Assembly: GCA_965246885.1 (NCBI GenBank)
Contig: OZ251992.1
Coordinates: 544,001 to 608,000, forward strand
Reading direction: 5' to 3'
Length of the DNA: 64,000 bases
Origin: Abditibacterium sp.
GTDB lineage: Bacteria; Armatimonadota; Abditibacteriia; Abditibacteriales; Abditibacteriaceae
Position 1 is the first letter of the stretch; each line of letters opens with the position of its first letter. The notes under the pieces were generated by a model. It did no database searches and was not told the DNA's origin. It was given only the letters and a program-made list of their open reading frames with translations. A program made the position numbers and the translations under genes. Shown here piece by piece: positions 46,956-55,177 of this stretch.

Positions 46956-46990
46956 CGTCGTAGTCCCGTGTCACGACGGGACTACGACGC
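46955..46990. terminator. Palindrome between convergent genes (GTAG-containing)
   Basis: GCGTCGTAGTCCCGT-GTCACG-ACGGGACTACGACGC, 15-bp perfect stem. Confidence 0.65.
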
Positions 46991-46995
46991 GCGGC

Positions 46996-49149
46996 TTAGC
47001 CCTTGGGCACCACGAATAAGTTGACGCTTTGCGGAGAAAGGTCGCACAAAAGGGAGCCGCCAACAACGGGCACGTCGGGGAGGCGGGTGATGGTGCCATC
47101 CCCGGCGGCGGCGAAGTGTTGGGCGGTTTTGGCGGGGGTGAAGTGGGCGAAGCGCAGGTGGAGCGGCGCGATTTCGCCGGGTTCTTTGTGGATGACCATC
47201 GCGGTGAGGGCGCCGTCTTGGGTGCGCAAGGCGCCGAAAGCCGAAAGGACGTCGGGGTTGGGGGCGACGGTTTTGATGCTCGTATCGCCGAAAGCGGCGC
47301 CGCGTCCGTCGTAGTTGCGGTAGAGTTGGAAGGCGGCGAAGGTGGGCGTCTTGACAATGGGCGCGCACCAGCGCGTGGCGATGTCCAGCCCTTCGCGCCC
47401 AAAGATGCCCAGCAAGTCGGCTTGCGCGGCGGCGCCGCTCAGGGAAGCGTCGTTGCCCCAGTTATATTCGGTGATGCCGGTTTGCATCCCCGGCGCGTTG
47501 TCGCGCACCCACTTCTTCATGCGCGGGATAAGCGCGACTTTGGCGTTAATCCACGACTCGTCGGTGTAGTTCGCGTCCCACAGGGCGCGCGTCGAGCGGG
47601 CGCGCAGGCGCTGGACGTCAGGGGTGTCGCCGGTATCGGACAAGCCGATGCCGTTGCCCTGCGGGTAGATGTGGTTGGTAAACACGTCGAGCAGCTTCTG
47701 GCCGGAGCGGTTTTCTTCGGCGCGGATTTGCCCTAAGAGCCAAGGCTGGAAGTCTTGCCCGCCGATGGCTTTGCGGTCGGTCATGTGGGTGGGGTTCCAG
47801 TCGCCGCGCTTGGCCGCGTCTTGCACGTCGAAGGGCGAATACAAGAAGCTGTTCCAGCCCCATTCTTCTGGCCCGACGACCTTCGCGCCGGGGTCGGCGG
47901 CTTTGATGGCGCGGGCGTATTGGATGATGCAGTCGCGCAGTTGGGCGGCGGTGGGCGCGACGGCAATCACGTCGCGGTGGTTGGTCGCCCACAACCCCGG
48001 CTCGTTGTCGAGCAAGTAGTAGCGCACGCCGCCCCCCTTGGCGGTGCCCCATTTGCCGACGAGGTGCTTCACCCACGCGGCCTGAAAGTCGGGCGTGGCG
48101 GGCATGTTGGCGTCGGTCGGGTCGTTGCCTTCGACGGGCTTGCCGTCGGGCTTGCTCCCGTTGCCCGCGTCGGGCACCCACTGCTCGGTCTTTTGTTGTG
48201 GGCCGTATTTGGCGACCGAGAACGAGGCCAACTTCTCACGGTTGGGGCCGAGCTTGCCGACCCAGCCGTTGATTGGGATAGTCACCATCGGCGCGGCGCC
48301 GAGGTCTTTGGAGGTTTGGATGAGCGCGTCAACGGCGGCTCCGGGCGTCGCGTCGCCGCTATCGGGCACGCTTTCAAAGAAGTAGTCGGCGCCGATGGCG
48401 TGGGCGTTCTGTTGCCAGTTGTAACGCGAGGTCGAGTTGCCGCCCCACCGGTTGAGCGTGGGGCGCAGGGCGGCGTGCGCTTTTTCGGCGAAGTTGACGC
48501 CGTAGATGAGCGGCGAGATGGGATGCCTCCCCACCCCCGCGTCCACGACGACTTCGACGGGAGCGACGCGCTTGGGCGGCGGCGGGACGAACTTGACGGG
48601 CGCATCGGGCGCCGAGAGCGCGGCTTTAGCGGCGTCGGGCGACAGCAACTCCACGTCGTCCAAGAAGAACTCTCCCGCCGCGTCGGGCGAGTTGTTGCCG
48701 ACGACGATGCCGGTCACGTCGGTTTTGCCACTCACGCCAAGGGCGTCGAGCGGCACGACGACGCGGCGCCACTCGTTGGGCTTGAGGGCGTCAAGGGGAA
48801 AGGAGGCGTCCTGAATCTTGTCGGCGCGCGAGGCTTGCACGCGCAGCTTTTGCCCGCCGCCCTCGCCGCCGCACACCCAAAACGAGACGGCACCAAAGGG
48901 GGCCACGTCGAGCGCGCTGTGGTGAAGGTGGATGGCCTCCCACCCACCCGCCCCGACGCGAATCGAAGCCGCCGCGCCGCCGTAGGCGGGCGCCGGGTTC
49001 TTGAGGTCAATGGTCTTGGCCCACCCCCAACTTTGCCAGCCGTTCTGGAGGGCGTCGGAAAAGATGAGTTGGTTGTTCTGCGCGCGCGCCGCCGAACACG
49101 CGGACAAGGAACACGCGCACAGCGCGGCGGTGAAAAGAGAGAAACGCAT
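46996..49149 (-). CDS. Glycoside hydrolase family 44 with N-terminal CBM-like beta-sandwich
   Basis: PISPLIYGVN, RWGGN..SRYNW, LDNEP.LW, ITEYNWG, QADLLGIFGREG; signal peptide. Confidence 0.9.
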   Translation of the reverse strand: MRFSLFTAALCACSLSACSAARAQNNQLIFSDALQNGWQSWGWAKTIDLKNPAPAYGGAAASIRVGAGGWEAIHLHHSALDVAPFGAVSFWVCGGEGGGQKLRVQASRADKIQDASFPLDALKPNEWRRVVVPLDALGVSGKTDVTGIVVGNNSPDAAGEFFLDDVELLSPDAAKAALSAPDAPVKFVPPPPKRVAPVEVVVDAGVGRHPISPLIYGVNFAEKAHAALRPTLNRWGGNSTSRYNWQQNAHAIGADYFFESVPDSGDATPGAAVDALIQTSKDLGAAPMVTIPINGWVGKLGPNREKLASFSVAKYGPQQKTEQWVPDAGNGSKPDGKPVEGNDPTDANMPATPDFQAAWVKHLVGKWGTAKGGGVRYYLLDNEPGLWATNHRDVIAVAPTAAQLRDCIIQYARAIKAADPGAKVVGPEEWGWNSFLYSPFDVQDAAKRGDWNPTHMTDRKAIGGQDFQPWLLGQIRAEENRSGQKLLDVFTNHIYPQGNGIGLSDTGDTPDVQRLRARSTRALWDANYTDESWINAKVALIPRMKKWVRDNAPGMQTGITEYNWGNDASLSGAAAQADLLGIFGREGLDIATRWCAPIVKTPTFAAFQLYRNYDGRGAAFGDTSIKTVAPNPDVLSAFGALRTQDGALTAMVIHKEPGEIAPLHLRFAHFTPAKTAQHFAAAGDGTITRLPDVPVVGGSLLCDLSPQSVNLFVVPKG

Positions 49150-49194
49150 GGAATGGGATGGGTTGGAAACGCGCGCATGCTTGGCGCGCGGGGT

Positions 49195-50820
49195 TCAGGG
49201 GATGGAGATGCCCTTTTGGATCGCCTCTTGGATGAGCTTGCCGCCCGCCTCGTTTAAGCGCGCGGTGTAAACGAGGCCAGTGCCAGCCTGCGCGTTGGCG
49301 TCAACGGGGAATGACACATCTACTGCTCCCGTTCCGCCCGCCACGTCCACCGTCGCGCCGCCCAAATAGGCGTAGCCGTTGGCCGGGTTCTTGAGCGCGA
49401 CCTCGATTTTGCGCGCGGTAGTGGCCGAGTAAGCGACGTGCACCTTCACGGTTTGGCCCGCATGGACGGAGGTGGGGCCGCTCACGCTTTGGATGGCGTC
49501 GGTGGCGGCTTTGGCTCCTCCACCACCAATGGGCGCGGGCGGCGGGTCGCCTTCGGGAGCGGCGGTGCCGCCGATGGCTGCGAGATAGGTCGCCATGTTC
49601 AGCTTGTCGTGCCACTGATGGGCGTCCGTTTCGCCGTTGGCGTGCAAGCCGTCGAGAACGGGATTGGTTTCGTCGTTTTGCCAGCGCGAGCCGCCCGCCC
49701 AATAGGTGCCGCCGACGATGACGTCCTTATCGTGGGTGTTGACTTCAAGAACAAATCGGGATAACTGGGCCTGCCAATCGCCCGCAACGGCGGGCACGCT
49801 GAACTCGCCGATGAAGCCCTTCTTCTTGTTGGTGCGAAGCCAATCCACGAAGTCGCCGATGGCCGCGACACTGCGGGTGCGGTCGCCACCGGTTTGCTTG
49901 GCCGCGTCGAAGCCGCCGCCCTGCTCGTTGTAGGTGCCGCTCCGGTCGGCGTCCCAATAAGTGTGGCCCTCGAAGATGAGGCGGTTGGCGGGGTCGCGCA
50001 GGGTTTTGAGGCCGTCGGAGTAGTGCGTCCATCGGTCGGTCGGCGAGAACTGGTAGCCCGCGACGAGGATGGGGGTGGCGCTGTCCACTTCCCGGATAGC
50101 GGTGATGGTGTCTTGGGCGACGTCGGCCCACAGTTGTTTGCCGCCCTCGTCTTCGGAGTCGCCGTTTGGCCCCATGTTGCGCGGCTCGTTCATGATGTCC
50201 CACGCCCAGATGACGCCCTTAGTGTCGGCGAGGCGCGGGATGAGTTTCTTCCACAAGTCGCCCAGCGCGGCGCGGTCGGTGTTGCGCCCGACGATGAACT
50301 CCTTGCGGGAAGCGGGGTCTTTGCCGGGTTCAAAATAGCGGGCGTAGTTGTGGCAATCGGGGATGACGCGCAAGCCGTGCGCTTTGGCGTCCTTCAAAAA
50401 CGCGCGCATGCGGCCCACCTCGACCTCGTTGAGTGGCCCGAACAGTCCGTCTTGCATCCGCTCCCAACGGAAGGGCAGGCGCACGAGCTTGAGGTTCTTG
50501 CTCGCGTAGTAGGCAAGCTCGCCCGGCGCTTTGGCGTCGTCGTTGGGGTAGCCGTAGTCGTCGTTGTAGGTGCCGGGCAGTTGCTTGTAGTCGGCGAACT
50601 CGGCGCCCGCAAGGTTGACGCCCCACGCGACAGCGCCCGATGGGGCGCCGAGGGCGCTCGAAGAGGTAGCGGCGTGCGCCGGTGACGCGCCCACCCCGGC
50701 ACCCGCCTCAGGCGATGCGGCAGAAGACGCGCCGCGCCGCGCGGACAACGCCCACGCCCCGCCCGCGCCCAACAGCGCAACGGCCACCACGCCAAGCAGC
50801 CAATTGTTTTTCGTTTTCAT
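49195..50820 (-). CDS. Glycoside hydrolase family 5 endoglucanase-like with one C-terminal Ig-like module
   Basis: GVNLAGAEF, RLPFRWERMQ, HNYARY, MNEP (acid/base), IGEF (nucleophile), YWAGG. Confidence 0.9.
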   Translation of the reverse strand: MKTKNNWLLGVVAVALLGAGGAWALSARRGASSAASPEAGAGVGASPAHAATSSSALGAPSGAVAWGVNLAGAEFADYKQLPGTYNDDYGYPNDDAKAPGELAYYASKNLKLVRLPFRWERMQDGLFGPLNEVEVGRMRAFLKDAKAHGLRVIPDCHNYARYFEPGKDPASRKEFIVGRNTDRAALGDLWKKLIPRLADTKGVIWAWDIMNEPRNMGPNGDSEDEGGKQLWADVAQDTITAIREVDSATPILVAGYQFSPTDRWTHYSDGLKTLRDPANRLIFEGHTYWDADRSGTYNEQGGGFDAAKQTGGDRTRSVAAIGDFVDWLRTNKKKGFIGEFSVPAVAGDWQAQLSRFVLEVNTHDKDVIVGGTYWAGGSRWQNDETNPVLDGLHANGETDAHQWHDKLNMATYLAAIGGTAAPEGDPPPAPIGGGGAKAATDAIQSVSGPTSVHAGQTVKVHVAYSATTARKIEVALKNPANGYAYLGGATVDVAGGTGAVDVSFPVDANAQAGTGLVYTARLNEAGGKLIQEAIQKGISIP

Positions 50821-50846
50821 ACGGTTAGTGGAGTGGGAAAGATGAA

Positions 50847-50876
50847 AATGGCGCCCGCTTGGAAGCGAGCGCCATT
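50847..50876 (-). terminator. Terminator/stabilising hairpin between DUF1559 and GH5
   Basis: Minus strand AATGGCGCTCGCT-TCCA-AGCGGGCGCCATT, then TTCATCTTT. Confidence 0.65.
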
Positions 50877-50896
50877 GATTGGAACCAAAAGCGGGG

Positions 50897-51670
50897 TTAC
50901 GCGCAGCCCTTGGTGATGTCGAAGCACGGCATTTTGGCGGTGTCCGTCGGGTTGCCGGTGTTGTAGTACTTCTCGGTGCGCAGTGACTTCACGTGGCCAT
51001 CGGCGAACAGCACGTTACCCATTTCCAAGTGGCGGGGCAACGGCCCGGCTGTATCATAAAGGTGTGCGGCGTCGTTGCCATTGGGAACAGGATCAATGGT
51101 GAATGCATTTGGCGCTTGCGTCCATTTCAACGGGTCGGCGTTCGATGTTGTGTTGCCAGCGCCATCAACGCACATAACCGTTGTTGCAACGCTCGAAACA
51201 GCTGACTGAGACACGCCGGGGCCACCATTGCCACTCAAAGGCCCGCCGATGTCGAGGTTGTAGAGGTAGCTGGTGTGGAATTGAAGCGATGGTGCGACGT
51301 TCCAAAAGCCGGAGTTCATGTAACCCGTGTTGGCACTGCTGGTGTTAGCAATGGTGTCGCTGGGGCACTCGAATAGCTGGATGCTTTTTACATAAGGTTG
51401 AACAAGGTTAGGCCAAGCGGCGGCGGCTGTGATGCCTGGAGCTACCCACGCAGATGTCGGATAACGCTCGTCGTAGTCCTGCGAGTACTGCAAGATGCCC
51501 AAGCCGATTTGCTTGAGGTTCGACTGACAGGACGACTTGCGGGCGTTTTCGCGGGCACGGGCGAAGGCGGGGAACAGGATGGCGGCGAGAATTGCGATGA
51601 TAGCGATAACAACGAGCAATTCTATGAGCGTAAAAGCGCCCCGCTTGATGGTGGTAGCTTGGGTTTTCAT
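50897..51670 (-). CDS. Prepilin-type DUF1559 / H-X9-DG protein
   Basis: [53 protein letters not shown]. Confidence 0.93.
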   Translation of the reverse strand: MKTQATTIKRGAFTLIELLVVIAIIAILAAILFPAFARARENARKSSCQSNLKQIGLGILQYSQDYDERYPTSAWVAPGITAAAAWPNLVQPYVKSIQLFECPSDTIANTSSANTGYMNSGFWNVAPSLQFHTSYLYNLDIGGPLSGNGGPGVSQSAVSSVATTVMCVDGAGNTTSNADPLKWTQAPNAFTIDPVPNGNDAAHLYDTAGPLPRHLEMGNVLFADGHVKSLRTEKYYNTGNPTDTAKMPCFDITKGCA

Positions 51671-51743
51671 GATGGTAAGTGACGTATCGGTGGAAGTCGC
51701 GGCCCCTTAAAAGGGGTTAAGACCTGTGAGCGACTTGCCGCCC

Positions 51744-51809
51744 GGTTGACTGTCAAAACACAGTATGCCCATCCCGGAGCGGTTTTAAACATTTTTGGAG
51801 AAAATTTAT
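51744..51809 (-). promoter_or_regulatory. Promoter/operator shared with GH5 upstream region
   Basis: Minus: ATAAATTTTC..ATGTTTAAA-N16-CATACT..TTGACAGTCAACC; same elements and spacing at 53955-54020. Confidence 0.7.
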
Positions 51810-51949
51810 TTTTCCCCTGCGATGCGGGCGGACGGGACGGCATTGGGCGTGGCTTTATCTCTCTGGCCTTATTACAGTTGCACTTTTCCTGCCGTCTGAC
51901 CCGGCCCATCGCGCCGTTTTGGTGGGGATTGCAAAGTCCCAAGCAGCAA

Positions 51950-52076
51950 CGCGCTGTCAATCCGAGGGGAGCCTTGGCGACCAGAGGAGTCTATTGACGC
52001 TCCGTCGTCAGGAGCAAACGGGCGGCAGGGAGCAGATTCTTCTGGTCGCCAAGGCTCCCCTCGGATTGACAGCGCG
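51950..52076. repeat. 43-bp inverted repeat element (TGTCA..GAG..TCT / AGA..CTC..TGACA type)
   Basis: CGCGCTGTCAATCCGAGGGGAGCCTTGGCGACCAGAGGAGTCT / AGATTCTTCTGGTCGCCAAGGCTCCCCTCGGATTGACAGCGCG. Confidence 0.88.
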
Positions 52077-52106
52077 CTGCTTTTATGGCTCGCTCGCCGC
52101 GCCGCT

Positions 52107-53954
52107 TTACCGGGTGATGGAGATGTTCTTTTGGAGCACCTCCTGAATGAGGGCGTTGCTCGTGTCGTTTAGGCGGGCCGTGTAGAGAAAGCCGTTGCCG
52201 ATGGGCGCGTTGGGGTCTACTGTGAAGATGACGTTGACCGTTCCACTTCCGGCGCCCAGATTTACCGTCGCGCCGCCCAGCCATGCGAAGTTGTTGTAGG
52301 GGTTCTTGAGCGCCACTTCCAACTTGCGCGCGGTCGTTGCGCCATAGGAAACCGCGACGGTGATGTTTTGCCCCGGTTTGACCGAGGTGGGGCCGCTTAC
52401 GCTGTTGATGACGTCGGTCGTGTTGGCGATGGAGACGTTCTTTTGCGTTACCTCTTGAATCAGGTTATTGTTCGTGTCGTTTAGGCGCACCGTGTAGAGA
52501 AAGCCGTTGCCCAACGGCGCGTTGGCGGCGACGGGGAAGGAGAGGTCTATCGCACCGCTTCCGGCGGACACATTCACTGTCGCGCCGCCCAGCCACGCGA
52601 AGTTGTTGTAGGGGTTCTTGAGCGCCGCCTCGATTTTGCGCGCGGCCTTAGCGTTGTAAACCACGTGAACCGAAACGGTTTGTCCGGGGCGCACTGGCGT
52701 TGGGCCACTGACGGCGGAAATTGCGTCGGTGGTGGCGGGCGTTCCTCCCCCGCCAGTTCCGCCGTTTTCGGGGTAGGCGTTGCCCGCGATGGCGTTCAGG
52801 TAAGTCGTCATCACGAGCTTGTCGTGCCAGTTGCCGAGGTTGGTGTCTCCGTCGGTGTGCAAGGCGTCCAACACGGCTCCCGTTGTGTCGTTGCTCCACT
52901 GCGGGCCGCCCGCCCAGTAGGTGCATCCGACGATGACGTCGCTGTAGTTGTTGCGCACCGCAAGCACAAAGCGCGACAGTTCGGCTTGCCAGCCGCCCGC
53001 AACCGATGGCACGCTGAACTCGCCGATGAACCCCTTTTTCCCGTTGGCGCGCAGCCAGTCGGTGAAGTCTTTGATGGCCGCAACACTGCGCGTCAAGTCG
53101 CCGCCGGTTTGAAATTGGAAGTCCAGATTGGTGTTGTTGGAGTAGGTGCCAGAGCGGTCGCCGTCCCAATACGTGTGCCCCTCGAAGATGAGATTGTTCG
53201 CGGGGTCGCTCAGGTTCTTGAGCCGGTCGGAGTACTGCGTCCACCGGTCGGTGGGGGAGAACTGATAGCCTGCGACGAGGATCGGCTTGGAGGTGTCGGC
53301 GGTGCGCAGCGCCGCAATGGTGCTTTGCGCCATGTCGAACCAGAGTTGTTTGCCGGCGTCGTCCTCCGAGTCGCGGTTGCCCTGCGCGTTGAGGGCGCCC
53401 AAGTTGCGCGGCTCGTTCATGATGTCCCATCCCCAAATGGTGGCGGCGTAGTCTTGTTTCAGGCGCGGCACCAGCTTTTTCCACAGGTCGCCGAGCGCGC
53501 TTTTGTCGGTGTTGATGCCGGGAATGTATTCGGTGCGGCTGCCCGGCGCGACGTCCGTTTGGTAGAAGCGGGCGTAGTTGTGGCAGTCGGGAATGACTTT
53601 TAGCCCTTTGCCCTGCGCTTCGGCGAGGAAAGCGCGCATCCGTCCGACTTCGGTTTCGTCGAGCGGCCCGAACAAGGTGTGTTGCATCCGCTCCCAACGA
53701 AATGGCAGGCGCACAAGCTTTAACCCCTTACCCGCGTAGTAGGACAACTCGCTACCACCGGGCGCTTTCGGGCTGTCGTTGGGATAGCAGTAGTCGCTTC
53801 CATAGGTGCCCGGAAGCTGTTTGTAATCGGCGAACTCCGCACCCGCGAGGTTAGCGCCGAACTCGACGGCACGCGCACGCGGCGTGCAAGACCCCGCGCA
53901 ACTCGCGCACAGAAGCGCGGCCAGCAAAAGGCTGCTTTTATAGTGGATGTTCAT
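52107..53954 (-). CDS. Glycoside hydrolase family 5 endoglucanase-like with two C-terminal Ig-like modules
   Basis: GANLAGAEF, RLPFRWERMQ, MNEP, IGEF; close paralog of 49195-50820. Confidence 0.9.
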   Translation of the reverse strand: MNIHYKSSLLLAALLCASCAGSCTPRARAVEFGANLAGAEFADYKQLPGTYGSDYCYPNDSPKAPGGSELSYYAGKGLKLVRLPFRWERMQHTLFGPLDETEVGRMRAFLAEAQGKGLKVIPDCHNYARFYQTDVAPGSRTEYIPGINTDKSALGDLWKKLVPRLKQDYAATIWGWDIMNEPRNLGALNAQGNRDSEDDAGKQLWFDMAQSTIAALRTADTSKPILVAGYQFSPTDRWTQYSDRLKNLSDPANNLIFEGHTYWDGDRSGTYSNNTNLDFQFQTGGDLTRSVAAIKDFTDWLRANGKKGFIGEFSVPSVAGGWQAELSRFVLAVRNNYSDVIVGCTYWAGGPQWSNDTTGAVLDALHTDGDTNLGNWHDKLVMTTYLNAIAGNAYPENGGTGGGGTPATTDAISAVSGPTPVRPGQTVSVHVVYNAKAARKIEAALKNPYNNFAWLGGATVNVSAGSGAIDLSFPVAANAPLGNGFLYTVRLNDTNNNLIQEVTQKNVSIANTTDVINSVSGPTSVKPGQNITVAVSYGATTARKLEVALKNPYNNFAWLGGATVNLGAGSGTVNVIFTVDPNAPIGNGFLYTARLNDTSNALIQEVLQKNISITR

Positions 53955-54020
53955 GGTTGACTGTCAAAGCAGAGTATGTCCATCGCCGACACGGTTCAAA
54001 CATTTCGCGCGAAAATTTAT
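53955..54020 (-). promoter_or_regulatory. Promoter/operator of GH5 (short leader)
   Basis: Minus: ATAAATTTTC..ATGTTTGAA-N16-CATACT..TTGACAGTCAACC-ATG. Confidence 0.7.
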
Positions 54021-55033
54021 CCTGTTGGCCCAATAGGGCGCACCGACGCCCGCTCCACGAGCGCGACCGGGATAGAATGGGAACACTTCGCCGCGCTTTG
54101 GCCTTTGATCTGGCAAACGAGGGATTCGATGGCTAAACGCCCAACTTCGGCGTAGGAGAAGCCCATCGTCGTCAGGCCGCGCCGCGCGCCTTCAATTGAG
54201 TTGTCCACGCCGATCAGAGAGACATCTTCCGGCACGCGCAGGCCGTGCGCTTCGAGGGCGTCCCACAGTTCCAACGCGAGGTGGTCGTTCAGGCACACGA
54301 CGGCGGTGGGGCGCAGCGCGAGTAGGGCGGGGACGGCGCTGGGCGTTTCCTCGTAGCGCGCCGCCACCACCCAGTCGGCACTTCCTGTCAATCCGAGGGC
54401 GTTCATGGCGTCGGCGAAATGGGTGCGGCGCTGGATGGTATCGAAGATGGGCTGCGATTCCTCCGTCAGGTGCGCGATGCGCGTATGGCCCCGACTGCGC
54501 AGGTGCTCGACGGCGCCGAACATGGCGGCGCGGTTGTCGGGGTCTACCCACGCCACACCGTCGGGCACATCGCGGCGGTAGCAGACGATGGTCGGGATTT
54601 TATGGCGAACAAGTGTTTCGAGCGTGGCGTGGCTGGCGCCAATGACGGGCGAGGCGAACACGAAGCCGTCGCTGCGGCGGTCGAGGAACTGCACTTCGCC
54701 CCGGTCAAGCGCCCAATCCGGGTCGGGGCGCAGAAGTGTCAAGAGGTCGTAGCCGTGTTCAAGGGCGCTTTGGCACATGCCGTCGTAGGTTTCGGCGTGG
54801 ATGTTCCACCACACGCGGCGCGGCGTGCCGAGCGAGAGGGCGAAGACGCGCGTCGGGACGTGGCGGTTTTGCAGCGCCGAACGGACGGGAACGTACTCCA
54901 ATTCGCGCACCGCGTCTAACACGGCGCGTTGCTTGTCGGGCGTCACGACTCCAGTGCGTCCAAGCAGCACATTGGAAACGGTAGTGCGCGACACTCCCGC
55001 CCGTTGCGCGACTTGGCGAATCGTTGACCTCAT
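54017..55033 (-). CDS. LacI-family transcriptional regulator
   Basis: TIRQVAQRAGVSRTTVSNVL HTH; GH.RIA, ND..A, VPEDVSLIG.D, L..R.S. Confidence 0.94.
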   Translation of the reverse strand: MRSTIRQVAQRAGVSRTTVSNVLLGRTGVVTPDKQRAVLDAVRELEYVPVRSALQNRHVPTRVFALSLGTPRRVWWNIHAETYDGMCQSALEHGYDLLTLLRPDPDWALDRGEVQFLDRRSDGFVFASPVIGASHATLETLVRHKIPTIVCYRRDVPDGVAWVDPDNRAAMFGAVEHLRSRGHTRIAHLTEESQPIFDTIQRRTHFADAMNALGLTGSADWVVAARYEETPSAVPALLALRPTAVVCLNDHLALELWDALEAHGLRVPEDVSLIGVDNSIEGARRGLTTMGFSYAEVGRLAIESLVCQIKGQSAAKCSHSIPVALVERASVRPIGPTG

Positions 55034-55177
55034 GGGGTGCTTCAAACACTGTGAGTATGTCTGAAATTTCACTTTCCCTTAAACACGGGGCAAATCGAGG
55101 ACAGACGCCCACGTTTGGGGTTGAAAACTTCGGTCAAATACGGCAACCTTAGGGCGCGCGACACTTCGCTTTCTCTG

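Noticed and set aside
49195..53954. Diversity-generating retroelement (template/variable repeat pair) among GH5 modules or DUF1559 paralogs
   Set aside because: Differences are not confined to adenines, both copies are coding, and no reverse transcriptase is in the window
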